The notes: generated by a model not told the origin, from the letters alone. A stretch of DNA of 64,000 nucleotides from an uncultured Chloroflexia bacterium (GCA_963774275.1 CAVZEP010000008.1:43858-107857); one strand, 5' to 3'; shown: positions 9,022 through 19,615, counted from the first letter of the stretch. A program made the numbers and translations.

Positions 9022-10545
9022 ATGAGCAACTCGCAAACTTCCTCCAATCGCCCAACCGGCATGTTCGGTTTTTCCATTGTCTGGGTCGGTCAGATTATCT
9101 CTTTGCTTGGCACCAGCATGACCGGCTTTGCCATGACCATCTGGGCTTACGAAAAGACGAACGCCGCCACTGCCCTGGCTATGGTCGGCTTCTTCTTCGT
9201 GGCACCCATGCTCATCGCATCACCATTCGCTGGTGCTATCGTGGATCGTTCCAATCGCAAGCTGATGATGATGCTGAGCGATATGGCCTCCGGTATTGCC
9301 ACTGTGATTATCCTCATCCTGTATGCATCGGGAAATCTGCAGATCTGGCATCTGTTCATCACCAGTGCCTTCCAGGGGGTGTTCCAGTCCTTCCAATGGC
9401 CTGCCTACTCAGCCGCCATCTCCACCATGATCCCCAAGGAGCAATATGGGCGGGCCAATGGCATGCTCTCGCTGGCAGATACGGCTTCCAACATCTTTGC
9501 GCCTATCCTGGCAGGTTCATTGTTGGGCATTATTGGTTTCTCTGGCATCCTGCTGATCGACCTGGCCACATTTGCATTTGCCCTGGGTGCGTTATTGTTC
9601 GTCCACATCCCTCAACCCAGGATTACCGAGGAAGGGCGACAGGCACAAGGGAATATATTCAAAGAAGCAGCATATGGTTTCCGTTATATTCTGATGAGAC
9701 CATCCCTGCTTGCCCTGCAGCTGGTTTTTCTCGCGGGAAATTTCTTTATTGGCATTCCGGGTGCAGTCCAGGCAGCTATGATCCTGGCAAATACTGGTAG
9801 CAGTGAAAAAGCCCTGGCCTATGTGAACTCGGCTGCGGCAATTGGGGGTGTGGTGGGTGGCCTGGTTATGAGTGCCTGGGGTGGTCCCAAGCGCCGGGTG
9901 CATGGAGTGCTGGTGGGTTGGTTTATCTCCAGCCTGCTCGGTGGTGTGCTCATGGGGTTTGGAAGAACTATTCCTGTGTGGGCAGTTGCCGGCTTTTTTG
10001 GTATGTTTTTTGTACCCATCATCAACGGTTCCAATCAAGCCATCTGGCAGGCGAAAGTCCCACCAGACCTGCAGGGGCGGGTTTTTTCCATCCGCCGGCT
10101 GATTGCCTGGTTTGTCAGCCCGCTGGCCATGCTTATCGCCGGTCCCGTAGCTGATAAAGTGCTTGAGCCTGCCATGCGCAACCCTCAAAGCTTCCTGGCT
10201 TCTTCTCTGGGTTGGCTTATTGGCACAGGGCCTGGCCGGGGCATGGCACTGCTCTTTATTATTGGCGGTGGATTGTGCGCTTTGGTTGTGATCAGCGGTT
10301 ATGCCTTTCGAATTTTACGCGAGGTGGAAACCTTGCTTCCAGACCATGACACGCTCCCTTCTGCCGCAACCGCCGGAGAGCCAGCCCCAGACGAGCGCTT
10401 GACCCGCATGCAGGAATTGCTTGAAGCCCGCAACCATTGGGTCACACAACCCGCATCTCTCGAGCGTGAGCTGGCGCTTAATGCAATCACGAATTCATTA
10501 CGCAAGCTGGGTCATGGGGCATCTATTCCCCCCGAAGCCGCATAG
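9022..10545 (+). CDS. MFS transporter (MFS_3/EntS-like) with a cytoplasmic C-terminal tail
   Basis: It has about 12 hydrophobic segments and the DRSNRK loop motif after TM2. ATG 9022 lies inside the 9013 ORF. Confidence 0.75.
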   Translation: MSNSQTSSNRPTGMFGFSIVWVGQIISLLGTSMTGFAMTIWAYEKTNAATALAMVGFFFVAPMLIASPFAGAIVDRSNRKLMMMLSDMASGIATVIILILYASGNLQIWHLFITSAFQGVFQSFQWPAYSAAISTMIPKEQYGRANGMLSLADTASNIFAPILAGSLLGIIGFSGILLIDLATFAFALGALLFVHIPQPRITEEGRQAQGNIFKEAAYGFRYILMRPSLLALQLVFLAGNFFIGIPGAVQAAMILANTGSSEKALAYVNSAAAIGGVVGGLVMSAWGGPKRRVHGVLVGWFISSLLGGVLMGFGRTIPVWAVAGFFGMFFVPIINGSNQAIWQAKVPPDLQGRVFSIRRLIAWFVSPLAMLIAGPVADKVLEPAMRNPQSFLASSLGWLIGTGPGRGMALLFIIGGGLCALVVISGYAFRILREVETLLPDHDTLPSAATAGEPAPDERLTRMQELLEARNHWVTQPASLERELALNAITNSLRKLGHGASIPPEAA

Positions 10546-10578
10546 GCAGCCTTCGCACAAAATTTCAAACCCGATAAG

Positions 10579-11133
10579 CTAAACTAATTTCCTTTCCAGT
10601 ACAACCGATGCGATGGTGTCGTCTGCGTGTACGGTATCCCCTTCATAATGGACAATCGTCCGCCAGCCCATATCGATCCAAAACCGCAAAGCTGGCCAAT
10701 TTTTTAAGCATACTTTCAACCAAATCGCCTCATACTCGCCCAGCTGTCTGAATTGATCCCATATCCCGTATGCCAGTTCCGAGCCATAACGGTTCTTCTG
10801 AAAATGAGGATGAACCACAAACATGGAAATAAACACCCGGCGTGGCATGGGGGCATCATGATACAGGTGAAAATAACCGATGATGTTCTCTCCACCTCTC
10901 AGCAGCACACTTTGCATCTTGAAAATTTCTTTCGCAGTAGGGTTGAGCCCCAGGCTCTTCGATACCAGATGTACAAAAGCCTCCTCGGTTTCTTCATAAA
11001 ACGTGCTGTCCCACTCGCCCACATAGGAACAGGCGTTGAACACGTTCCTCAAATGTGGAACATCCCCCATGGTGGCATCTCTCACGAATAATCTCTCCGT
11101 CCCCCAGCTTTCAGGTAAGACTTTCATGCTCAC
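10579..11133 (-). CDS. GNAT family N-acetyltransferase
   Basis: The 184-aa protein resembles RimJ/RimL-type GNATs (HPHFQKNRYGSELAYGI in the acetyl-CoA pocket region). Confidence 0.65.
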   Translation of the reverse strand: MSMKVLPESWGTERLFVRDATMGDVPHLRNVFNACSYVGEWDSTFYEETEEAFVHLVSKSLGLNPTAKEIFKMQSVLLRGGENIIGYFHLYHDAPMPRRVFISMFVVHPHFQKNRYGSELAYGIWDQFRQLGEYEAIWLKVCLKNWPALRFWIDMGWRTIVHYEGDTVHADDTIASVVLERKLV

Positions 11134-11327
11134 ATCCCTCTAAAGCTTAACTTATATGAGTTTACTCTCCCGTTAAACACTCTTGGTCGATGCAGCTCGA
11201 CATATATTGTATCTTATTAGCATCATATTTTCTGGCAGGAGCTTAATCATTAGATAAAACTAAAAAAACGCGGTACACTTGTTTTGTGAAAAGTTACACA
11301 GCCCTAGGTTGATTGGAGAAAAATTTA

Positions 11328-14300
11328 ATGAGAAGAATGCGCAAACTGCTCCCTGTTTTGATTCTTGTATTGATCTTTGTTGTTGGGTTACTTCTCACCA
11401 GTCCGACGAAAGCTCAAAATGGCACCATCTGGCTCCCCTTCGATGGCACATCCGAGCCTGCTGAACCATCCCTGGCGCTGCTCAGTTCCAGCCCCTCCCA
11501 GGTTAACCTACAAGCCGTCCTTCCAGGTTCATATGCGGACACGATCCGCGTTGAAGGCACTACCTACACGCGACTGTTGGCTTCGGGATATGGTTATCCC
11601 GCCGTTTACGGACTACCTGAGCTTCCCGTTCTGCGCAGGGAAGTCGAAATTCCCTTCGGCGCTCAGGTTTCTGTTGAGCTCATATCTTCCCAATATACAG
11701 ATAGCACACTGCTGGGGCTTGGTCTAAATCCCATCTACCCCATGCAACCACCTGTCCCTAAAGTGGAAGGTGTCGAAGAAAATCAGCCCTTCATCATAGA
11801 CAGTCAATACTATGCCAATGGGTCGCTCTATCCGTCCAGCGTGATCTCTTTGGGTGAGCCCTATATCATTCGAGGCCATCGCCTCCTGACTGTCGAGATA
11901 TGGCCAGTTGGATATGATCCCATGCAAGGTAGCTTGCGCCTTTATTCCCAGGTGACCTTCCGACTCCACCTCTCCGGCGCAGATATGCCTGCCACAAACA
12001 CTCTGGCAAATCGTTATTCATCGCAGGAGTATGATCTTACTTTATCTGAGCGCGTGCTTAATTACAATCAGGGTCGCCCGCTTGGCGTGAATCAACAGGC
12101 TGGCTACCTGATTATCACAGCCGATGCATATGTTGATGCCATTGTTCCGCTGGCTGATTTACGTCAGAGCCGTGGTTTTGACGTCACCCTGACTCGCCAG
12201 TCTGATATACCCAACGGTACGACCACCGCAGGAATTAAAGCCTACATCCAAACCGCATACGACACCTGGCCTGTGCCACCCTCCTATGTCTTGTTGGTCG
12301 GCGATACCAATACTATCCCCACCTGGACTGGTCCCACGATTGGGACTTCGACGGATCTCTATTACGGTACCATGGATGGAGAATCTGACTGGCACCCGGA
12401 TATTGGACGAGGTCGTTTCCCGGTGCGTTCGATTGCACAGACGACCGCCATGGTGAATAAGTACCTGGCCTATTCCGGTCTCACCGGACAGGAGCCCTGG
12501 CTGAAAACTGCTTCCTTCCCCGCCACCTGTGACAATTACGAGGTCGCCGAAGGAAGCCATAATTATGTCATGGATACCCACACTGCTCCAGGCGGCTGGA
12601 CCGGGACCTTCCCGGTTAATCCCACCCCAGGTGGCGATAAACTCTACTGCATCACCCACGATGCTACCCATGCGGATTTGGTGGAGCAGTTCAATCTGGG
12701 TCGTTGGGCGATTATCTATTCCGGCCATGGCAGTTATAGTGGCTGGGAAATGGACTATACCCCTGCCGATATCCAAAATATTACTAACTACGGCATGTAC
12801 CCTTTTGTTGCCTCTCATGCCTGCCTAAGCGGAGATTACGGCCAAACTGAGGTCTTCGGTGAGACCTGGGTGCTACAGGAGAATAAAGGTGCCCTGGTTT
12901 ACTGGGGCTCTTCCACGTACAGTTATTGGGGTGAAGATGATGTGCTCGAGCGTGTCATGTTCGATTCCCTCTTTGACGATACGACCTCATATCCTGATGT
13001 GGCTACGATGACCGATGCTGGTCTGGCAGGGGTTGAAGCTGCTTACCCCTCCAGTGCCCGCTATTATCGCGAAACTTACAATGTCCTGGGAGACCCGACC
13101 GTCAAGTTGTTCATGGAACCCGAGCTGCCAATCTTTACACTGAGTGCCGAGCCCTCCAGCCTGGAGGTTTGCACCCAGGGTACGCTCACCTCGGATGTCG
13201 TAATTGGCAGCATCATGGGTTATTCATCAACCGTCTACCTTGAAACGGATGAGCCGCCCTTCAATGTCGTTGCCAGTTTCGATCCGTCTCAAGCTACTGC
13301 ACCATACACCTCCACCCTGACGTTGGACGTCTCTTCGGGTGCTCCTGAGGGAGATCACACCCTTACCATCACCGCCACCGATCAGGTCAGCTTCACCATG
13401 CATACCCAGCTCAACCTGCGCATCAACACCGCCTCACCCAACGTACCAACTCTGATCAGCCCGGCAGACGGTGCTACCAACCAGCCATTCACGCCTTCCT
13501 TCGGCTGGGAAAACCAGCTCCTCACCAGAAGCTATAACTTTGAGCTGGCGTCCAGCCCATTGTTTGAGTCCCCCATCGTCATCGAGACTGGCCTGACTGC
13601 TCCCTCCTATACACTGTCAAATCCATTAGCTGGTGGTACCTGTTACTGGTGGCGCACCCAGGCCGCCAATGTCTGTGGCACCGGCGCTTGGGCTGACCCC
13701 TTCCACTTCAGCATCGTTTCCCTGTTCGCTTCATTCATCGACGATATGGAATCGGGTGATGGTCAGTGGACGCATGCAGCCACCCAGGGAATTGACCATT
13801 GGGTAATCTCGGATGATCAATCTCACAGCCCTACCCAGGCCTGGTTTGTTCCAGACGATGGGGATATCACCGACACTCGCCTTTGGAATACTAGTCCCGT
13901 CCTGGTGGGTGAGGGCAGCGTTCTGACCTTTTGGCACCAGTATCAGTTCGAGGGCACAAGCTATGATGGCTCAGTCCTGGAGATTTCAGCCGATGGGGGT
14001 GATTCATGGGTCGATCTTGGGCCATATATCACCGCTAATGGTTACAATGGCACGATATCCTCAGGTTACAGCAACCCTCTGGCAGGTCGGGACGGTTGGA
14101 CAGATGATTTAACTACATGGACGGAAGTGACTGTAGACCTGGGCAGTTTTGCCGGGCAAAGTGTGATCATCCGCTGGCGCTTAGGTTGTGATTCGTCAGT
14201 AGGCGACACCGGCTGGTTCATCGATGATGTACAAATTACCTCTCCTTTGCCACCCAACCCGGCACCAACCCTTTTGACCATTTTCCCCAATTCGGGCGAT

Positions 14301-16049
14301 AGCAGTGAGCCGACCCCGGTCGTGATCACGGGGGAAAATTTCATCGGTTCGCCTGCTTTGAAGCTGGGGGATACCTGGCTGGAATCTGTAGTAGTGGAGA
14401 GTCCAACCACGATCAACGCCATCGTGCCAGCAGGCATGCCGGATGGAGTGTATGATCTGACAATCTATAATGGTGATTGCCAGCAAGCTGTTTTGATTGA
14501 GGCTTTCACGGTTACTTCGGTGCCGGTACCCATTTCCGGACTGGAAGCCACCAACGATAGCCCCACCTATATTGGAGATACAACCCACTTTACGGCCACG
14601 GTAGAAACCGGCAATGGTGTGAGCTATGCCTGGGCATTTGGGGATGGCAGCCATGGCAATGGACGCACTCCCCAGCATCTCTATCCTGACCTGGGGATTT
14701 ATACTGCCATCGTCACAGCCACCAACGTGCTCAATTCTGAGATTGCCACCACCACCGTGACCATCGTCGAAGAGCCTATCACCGGCTTGCAGGCCGTCAA
14801 TGACAGCCCGACCGAGCTGGGTAACCCGACCGCGTTGGCTGCGACCATTGCTACCGGTACCAATGTCACGTATGAATGGGACTTTGGAGATGGCATGGCG
14901 GGCACCGGTGATGTATTAACCCATACATTCTCGTCTGCGGGTCTCTACACGGCAATTGTCACTGCTTTCAATGACGTCGGCTCTGAAAGCGCATCGACGG
15001 AAATCATCATCACGGATGTTCCTATTACCGGGCTAACCGCTGCCAATAGCAGTCCAACCGAGCTGGGCAGCCTCACTACGTTGACTGCCACCATTGAGGC
15101 GGGCACGAACGTCACCTATGCCTGGGACTATGGGGATGGTGCTTCCGGTATGGGTGACCTGACTACCCATGCATATCCTGCCGTCGGTATCTATACCGCC
15201 ATCGTGACCGCTACCAACTCCACCGGTTCAGCTGTATCGGATACCATGCTGACCATCGTAGATGCTCCCATCATTGGCTTGACAGCTTCCAATGACAGCC
15301 CAACTTTACTCGGATACACGACCACGTTGACCGCCACCCTGCTTAACGGTACCAATGTTACCTATGAGTGGAACTTTGGTGATGGCACATCCGGCAGCGA
15401 AGCCGTGGAACCACATACCTATCCAGCAGTGGGCAGTTATACTGCAGTGGTCACTGTTACGAATAGCGTTAGCACAGCTAGCATATCGACAGTCGTAACC
15501 GTCACCGATGTACCCATCACCGGCTTGCTGGCTGCCAATGATGGCCCCACTGAGTTGGGTAACCTGACCACACTGACCGCCACCCTGCTCAACGGTACCC
15601 ATGTTACCTATGCATGGGACTTTGGCGATGGGACGCTGGGTATTGGAGCTGTGGGTATACACACCTATCCAGCCGTGGGCAATTACACCGCCGTGGTCAC
15701 TGCCACCAATGGCATCAGCTCCGAGAGTACATCGACGATCGTTTCGATCGTCGATGTACCCATCACCGGCTTGCTGGCTACTAATGACAGTCCGATGGAG
15801 CTGGGCAACCTGACTACACTAAGCGCAACCATCGTTAACGGCACCCATGTGATCTATACCTGGGACTTTGGCGATGGAACCGCCGGAATCGGCCCAGTGG
15901 TGACGCATCTATATACCGCGGCTGGTGATTACATCGCCACGGTGACAGCCGCCAACTCGATGGGCAATGTGTCTGCAACCACGCCGGTAGTTATCACCGA
16001 GCCGCCGCAGGTGGTTCACTTCACCTACCTGCCAGTGACATTTAGATAA
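11328..16049 (+). CDS. Secreted multidomain protein: peptidase C25 (gingipain-like) catalytic domain, jelly-roll-like domain, IPT/TIG-like domain and six PKD domains
   Basis: There is a signal-peptide-like N-terminus. The C25 pattern reads YLIITADAY...YVLLVGDTNTIPT...DLYYG...GRGRFP, with the His in IIYSGHGS and the Cys in FVASHACLSG. Six WDFGDG-type PKD units follow. Confidence 0.75.
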   Translation: MRRMRKLLPVLILVLIFVVGLLLTSPTKAQNGTIWLPFDGTSEPAEPSLALLSSSPSQVNLQAVLPGSYADTIRVEGTTYTRLLASGYGYPAVYGLPELPVLRREVEIPFGAQVSVELISSQYTDSTLLGLGLNPIYPMQPPVPKVEGVEENQPFIIDSQYYANGSLYPSSVISLGEPYIIRGHRLLTVEIWPVGYDPMQGSLRLYSQVTFRLHLSGADMPATNTLANRYSSQEYDLTLSERVLNYNQGRPLGVNQQAGYLIITADAYVDAIVPLADLRQSRGFDVTLTRQSDIPNGTTTAGIKAYIQTAYDTWPVPPSYVLLVGDTNTIPTWTGPTIGTSTDLYYGTMDGESDWHPDIGRGRFPVRSIAQTTAMVNKYLAYSGLTGQEPWLKTASFPATCDNYEVAEGSHNYVMDTHTAPGGWTGTFPVNPTPGGDKLYCITHDATHADLVEQFNLGRWAIIYSGHGSYSGWEMDYTPADIQNITNYGMYPFVASHACLSGDYGQTEVFGETWVLQENKGALVYWGSSTYSYWGEDDVLERVMFDSLFDDTTSYPDVATMTDAGLAGVEAAYPSSARYYRETYNVLGDPTVKLFMEPELPIFTLSAEPSSLEVCTQGTLTSDVVIGSIMGYSSTVYLETDEPPFNVVASFDPSQATAPYTSTLTLDVSSGAPEGDHTLTITATDQVSFTMHTQLNLRINTASPNVPTLISPADGATNQPFTPSFGWENQLLTRSYNFELASSPLFESPIVIETGLTAPSYTLSNPLAGGTCYWWRTQAANVCGTGAWADPFHFSIVSLFASFIDDMESGDGQWTHAATQGIDHWVISDDQSHSPTQAWFVPDDGDITDTRLWNTSPVLVGEGSVLTFWHQYQFEGTSYDGSVLEISADGGDSWVDLGPYITANGYNGTISSGYSNPLAGRDGWTDDLTTWTEVTVDLGSFAGQSVIIRWRLGCDSSVGDTGWFIDDVQITSPLPPNPAPTLLTIFPNSGDSSEPTPVVITGENFIGSPALKLGDTWLESVVVESPTTINAIVPAGMPDGVYDLTIYNGDCQQAVLIEAFTVTSVPVPISGLEATNDSPTYIGDTTHFTATVETGNGVSYAWAFGDGSHGNGRTPQHLYPDLGIYTAIVTATNVLNSEIATTTVTIVEEPITGLQAVNDSPTELGNPTALAATIATGTNVTYEWDFGDGMAGTGDVLTHTFSSAGLYTAIVTAFNDVGSESASTEIIITDVPITGLTAANSSPTELGSLTTLTATIEAGTNVTYAWDYGDGASGMGDLTTHAYPAVGIYTAIVTATNSTGSAVSDTMLTIVDAPIIGLTASNDSPTLLGYTTTLTATLLNGTNVTYEWNFGDGTSGSEAVEPHTYPAVGSYTAVVTVTNSVSTASISTVVTVTDVPITGLLAANDGPTELGNLTTLTATLLNGTHVTYAWDFGDGTLGIGAVGIHTYPAVGNYTAVVTATNGISSESTSTIVSIVDVPITGLLATNDSPMELGNLTTLSATIVNGTHVIYTWDFGDGTAGIGPVVTHLYTAAGDYIATVTAANSMGNVSATTPVVITEPPQVVHFTYLPVTFR
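14529..16004 (+). repeat. Six in-frame tandem 246-bp coding repeats (PKD domains) inside the C25-family gene
   Basis: Unit starts (P-I-T/S-G-L codons) were read at 14529, 14775, 15021, 15267, 15513 and 15759, an exact 246-bp period. Confidence 0.9.
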
Positions 16050-16068
16050 ATATAAACCGGATAACAAC

Positions 16069-16102
16069 CTCACGGGCGCATCCATGCGCCCGTGAGTGGT
16101 TT
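16069..16102 (+). terminator. Hairpin terminator candidate after the C25-family gene
   Basis: A 12-bp perfect stem (CTCACGGGCGCA / TGCGCCCGTGAG) with loop TCCA is followed by TGGTTT. The U-tract is weak. Confidence 0.55.
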
Positions 16103-16167
16103 AAAAACCTGTTCGTAAATGAATAAACGTAGAGAATTGCCGAATTATTTGCGAGTTGCGTTTCTGG

Positions 16168-16606
16168 TCATTTATTTTTGGCTACATCCATCCGGCACCA
16201 GGCGTACAACGCATCATACAGGTCAAATTGGTGCGCCAGGTTTTCGCTATCTTCAGGGAAGCGCAGGCTGAATCCGCTGGCCATGGCTTCCAGCCCACGC
16301 GCAATCGGATCCTTGTCGATATCCTCGCTCACATCTGCTGAATGGACAATCTTTGCCAGTCGCAATAACCCCGCTTCTTTCAAGCCATATTTCAAGATGA
16401 TCGACTCGAATGAGCACCTGCCTTCTGCATGCCCGAGTTCCACCCCCGGGACATCAAAGGGGATCGCTCCGGTCTCTGCCACCTACCGTCTCAATCTGGC
16501 TGGCGGGGACGAACAGGAAGTCTGCCTCGCTATCGATAAAGCGTGTGATCAGCCAGGGGCAGGCCACGCGGTCAACATGTACATGTGAACGGGTTACCCA
16601 AAGCAT
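16168..16606 (-). pseudogene. Chromate-resistance (ChrB C-terminal / Chrome_Resist) domain protein; frame broken near 16481-16486
   Basis: From ATG 16606 the frame reads MLWVTRSHVHVDRVACPWLITRFIDSEADFLFVPASQIETV. The +1 frame continues AETGAIPFDVPGVELGHAEGRCSFESIILKYGL... (ORF 16168..16482). Confidence 0.7.
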
Positions 16607-16672
16607 GGTATATATCCTTTCTTTTCTGGTAATTATACACTCCCCAATCTACATTCTGTTGTCTATAATGAT

Positions 16673-18493
16673 TTGCTCTTTGCCCAAATGTGGCAAATAT
16701 GGATATACTTGTCCACAAGAAAGGTCATTGGTTTGAAACCCATTCAACTTGTTTTTGCCTACGCCAAACGTTATAAGCTGGTCCTGATCATTACCATCAT
16801 CAGCATGTTCTTATTGGTAGGAGCACAGCTGCTTGTGCCAGAGGCGATCCGCAGGTTGATCAAAATCGTCACCGCACCCACGGTTACGCCCTCGTCCTTC
16901 ACCGTAGTAAACACATTAGCCCTTGCCGTGCTGGGGATTTATATTGTCCGTGCTGGTATGCGCTTCCTGCGCTCCTATATGGCGCATTTGGCTGGCTGGG
17001 GGGTGGTGGCGGATGTACGCAAGCACATTTACGAGCATCTGCAGGCCCTCTCCCTGCGTTATTATGAGGACAAGCAGACCGGTCAGTTAATGTCTCGCGT
17101 GATCAACGATACCGAATTGTTCGAGCAGCTAATTTCGCATGCCGTACCGGATGTGGTGGTGAATCTGATCACGTTGGTCGGGGTAAGTGTCATTTTATTA
17201 TTCCTTAATTGGCGCTTGACCCTGCTGAGCATGATCCCCATCCCGCTGGTCATCATTTCGCTTCAGGTGTACGCTCGTTATGTACGCCCGGCGTTCCGTG
17301 AGCGCCAAAAGGAGCTGGGCAACCTGAATGCCATCCTGAATGACAGCCTGTCGGGCATCCGCGAGATCAAAGCTTTTACGCGTGAAGTGGATGAGATGAA
17401 GCGCGTTAACCAGGGGATTGACCGCTACCGGGTCAGCCTGCTTGGAGCGCTCAAGCTGATGGCTACATTCCAGCCATTCATCGAATTCACTTCTTCCATT
17501 GGGTGGCTGATCGTGATCTATTTCGGAGGCAAGTTGGCATTGCAAGGCACACTTTCGGTGGCGGACCTGGTGGCTTTCTTCCTGTACCTGGATATCTTCT
17601 ACCAGCCGGTGCGCGAACTGAGCAATGCCTGGGAGCAAATTCAGGGTTCGCTGGCAGGGGCTGACCGTGTGGGTGACCTACTGGAGGAGCAGCCCGAGAT
17701 GCAGAATTGCCCCGGTGCCGTCCCCTTTGAAGGCCGTGCACAGGGGAATATCTCCCTTCAAAGTGTGAATTTTGAATACGCACCCGAAACCCCGGTGTTG
17801 GAGGATATTAACCTGGAGATCCCCGCTCACCATGTCATCGCCCTGGTGGGTCCCACCGGTGTGGGGAAATCGACCCTGGTCAGCCTGATCCCTCGCTTCT
17901 ATGACATCACCTCGGGTTGTATCACCCTGGATGAAAGGGATATTCGCCAGTTCACGCTCGATAGCCTGCGCCGCCAGATCAGCATCGTCCTCCAGGATGT
18001 ATTCCTGTTCCATGGATCCGTGAAGGAGAACATCCTGTTTGGTCGCCCGGATGCCACCGAGCAGGAGGTGATTACGGCTGCCCGGATCGCCAACGCCGAT
18101 GGTTTCATCTCTGCCCTGTCTGAGGGCTATGACACGTTGATTGGCGAGCGCGGGGTGAAGCTTTCTGGCGGTCAAAAACAGCGCCTTTCCATTGCCCGGG
18201 CAGTACTCAAGGACGCTCCCATCCTGATCCTGGACGAAGCCACCTCATCCGTCGACACCGAGACCGAGCTGCTCATCCAGCAAGCCCTGGAACGCCTGAT
18301 GGTGGGACGGACGACGATCATCATTGCCCACCGGCTTTCCACCATCCGCAATGCCGATAAGATCGTTGTGCTGGAGGGCAGGCAGATCAAGGAAGTGGGT
18401 ACGCATGCCGAGCTTCTGGCACAGGATGGATTGTACCGGCGGCTGAGCACCGTTCAAAACCAGCTGGAAGCCACCGCATTCGAGGACCAGTAA
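16673..18493 (+). CDS. ABC exporter, fused permease/ATPase (MsbA-like type I exporter)
   Basis: A six-TM domain is followed by Walker A GPTGVGKST, signature LSGGQKQR and Walker B ILILDEATS. The true start may be ATG 16688 or TTG 16733. Confidence 0.85.
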   Translation: MLFAQMWQIWIYLSTRKVIGLKPIQLVFAYAKRYKLVLIITIISMFLLVGAQLLVPEAIRRLIKIVTAPTVTPSSFTVVNTLALAVLGIYIVRAGMRFLRSYMAHLAGWGVVADVRKHIYEHLQALSLRYYEDKQTGQLMSRVINDTELFEQLISHAVPDVVVNLITLVGVSVILLFLNWRLTLLSMIPIPLVIISLQVYARYVRPAFRERQKELGNLNAILNDSLSGIREIKAFTREVDEMKRVNQGIDRYRVSLLGALKLMATFQPFIEFTSSIGWLIVIYFGGKLALQGTLSVADLVAFFLYLDIFYQPVRELSNAWEQIQGSLAGADRVGDLLEEQPEMQNCPGAVPFEGRAQGNISLQSVNFEYAPETPVLEDINLEIPAHHVIALVGPTGVGKSTLVSLIPRFYDITSGCITLDERDIRQFTLDSLRRQISIVLQDVFLFHGSVKENILFGRPDATEQEVITAARIANADGFISALSEGYDTLIGERGVKLSGGQKQRLSIARAVLKDAPILILDEATSSVDTETELLIQQALERLMVGRTTIIIAHRLSTIRNADKIVVLEGRQIKEVGTHAELLAQDGLYRRLSTVQNQLEATAFEDQ

Positions 18494-18529
18494 GTCGAAA
18501 TTCATGCTGCCCCAGGCTAAGAAAATGCT

Positions 18530-19615
18530 ATGAGCCGTTTGCGTATCTGGTTGGTAACCCTGTTATTGTCTTTGCTGCTGATGTTGCTTACGGCATGTGA
18601 GCCCCAGGTGCAGGCCACCAGTCAAGAGGGTCAAACTATGCCTGCCGTAACCCAGACGTCCACAGCAGCAACCCCATCAATACCAGCCAACCCGGTAATT
18701 GCGTCCACGGAAACGGGCTCTCCTCTTGTATTCACACAAATACCTGCAAGTAAAGACACTCCATATGTTTTACCGGCCACTCCAACAACCGAACCGGCTA
18801 TCCCGGTGAACACTCCCACCCTTGCACCCCGCGCCTGGAGGACTGCACCGGTTATCCCCACCTCGGTCAGCCAGCGCATGCGCGAGATCTACCAGCTGGG
18901 CCAATCCTTGGGCAATAACCCGCATGCCTTCTCCATCGTGGGGGATTGCCAGAGCATGCTCCCCGATTTTCTGGGTGACTTTGATAACGGCAGGTATAAC
19001 CTTGGAGAATACGCCTACTTGCAGCCGGTGGTGGATTATTTTTCTGGTTCCTTTGGGCGTAGAAGCCGGGGGGTTAAGGATGGTCTGACTGCCAGCGGGG
19101 TTCTGGCAACACTATGGAACACCTGGAAGGATTGCAACGTCAATGAAACCCCATTGGAGTGCGAATATCGGATTAACCAGCCAAGTTATGCGCTGATTTC
19201 ATTTGGAACCAACGATGCCAATGGCGTGCTTCCTTTTGAAGACACCCTGCGTAGGGTGATCGATGTAACCCTTGAACATGGAATTGTGCCCATCCTGGCA
19301 ACCAAGGCGGACAATGCCGAGGGAAATTGGTCCATCAACGCCACCATCCTTCAGCTGGCGTACGAATATCAGATCCCGGTGTGGAATTTCTGGCTTGCCG
19401 TGCAGCCCCTGCCTTTGCGCGGGCTGCGCAGCCCTGAGCACCTGACGTATGGCGAATACACCCTGTCTGCTGATTTCAGCACTAGTGAAAACATGCAATA
19501 TGCCTATAATGTGCGCAATCTGACCGCCATGCAGGTTTTAGACGTCGTCTGGCGGGCAATGACAGACCAGCCGGCCTCTACTTTCATCCCCACCCCCTTC
19601 ACTTATCTACCCTGA
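18530..19615 (+). CDS. Lipoprotein with SGNH/GDSL-hydrolase-like domain
   Basis: It has a signal peptide plus lipobox (LLTAC), a Pro/Thr-rich linker and an ISFGTNDANG block typical of SGNH esterases. It ends ...PFTYLP*. Confidence 0.5.
   Translation: MSRLRIWLVTLLLSLLLMLLTACEPQVQATSQEGQTMPAVTQTSTAATPSIPANPVIASTETGSPLVFTQIPASKDTPYVLPATPTTEPAIPVNTPTLAPRAWRTAPVIPTSVSQRMREIYQLGQSLGNNPHAFSIVGDCQSMLPDFLGDFDNGRYNLGEYAYLQPVVDYFSGSFGRRSRGVKDGLTASGVLATLWNTWKDCNVNETPLECEYRINQPSYALISFGTNDANGVLPFEDTLRRVIDVTLEHGIVPILATKADNAEGNWSINATILQLAYEYQIPVWNFWLAVQPLPLRGLRSPEHLTYGEYTLSADFSTSENMQYAYNVRNLTAMQVLDVVWRAMTDQPASTFIPTPFTYLP

Noticed and set aside
14529-16004. Regular 246-bp tandem repeats that might be taken for a CRISPR-like or satellite array.
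   Set aside because: The units are in frame inside one ORF, encode PKD domains (WDFGDG), have no unique spacers, and their length is far above a CRISPR repeat. No cas genes are in the window.
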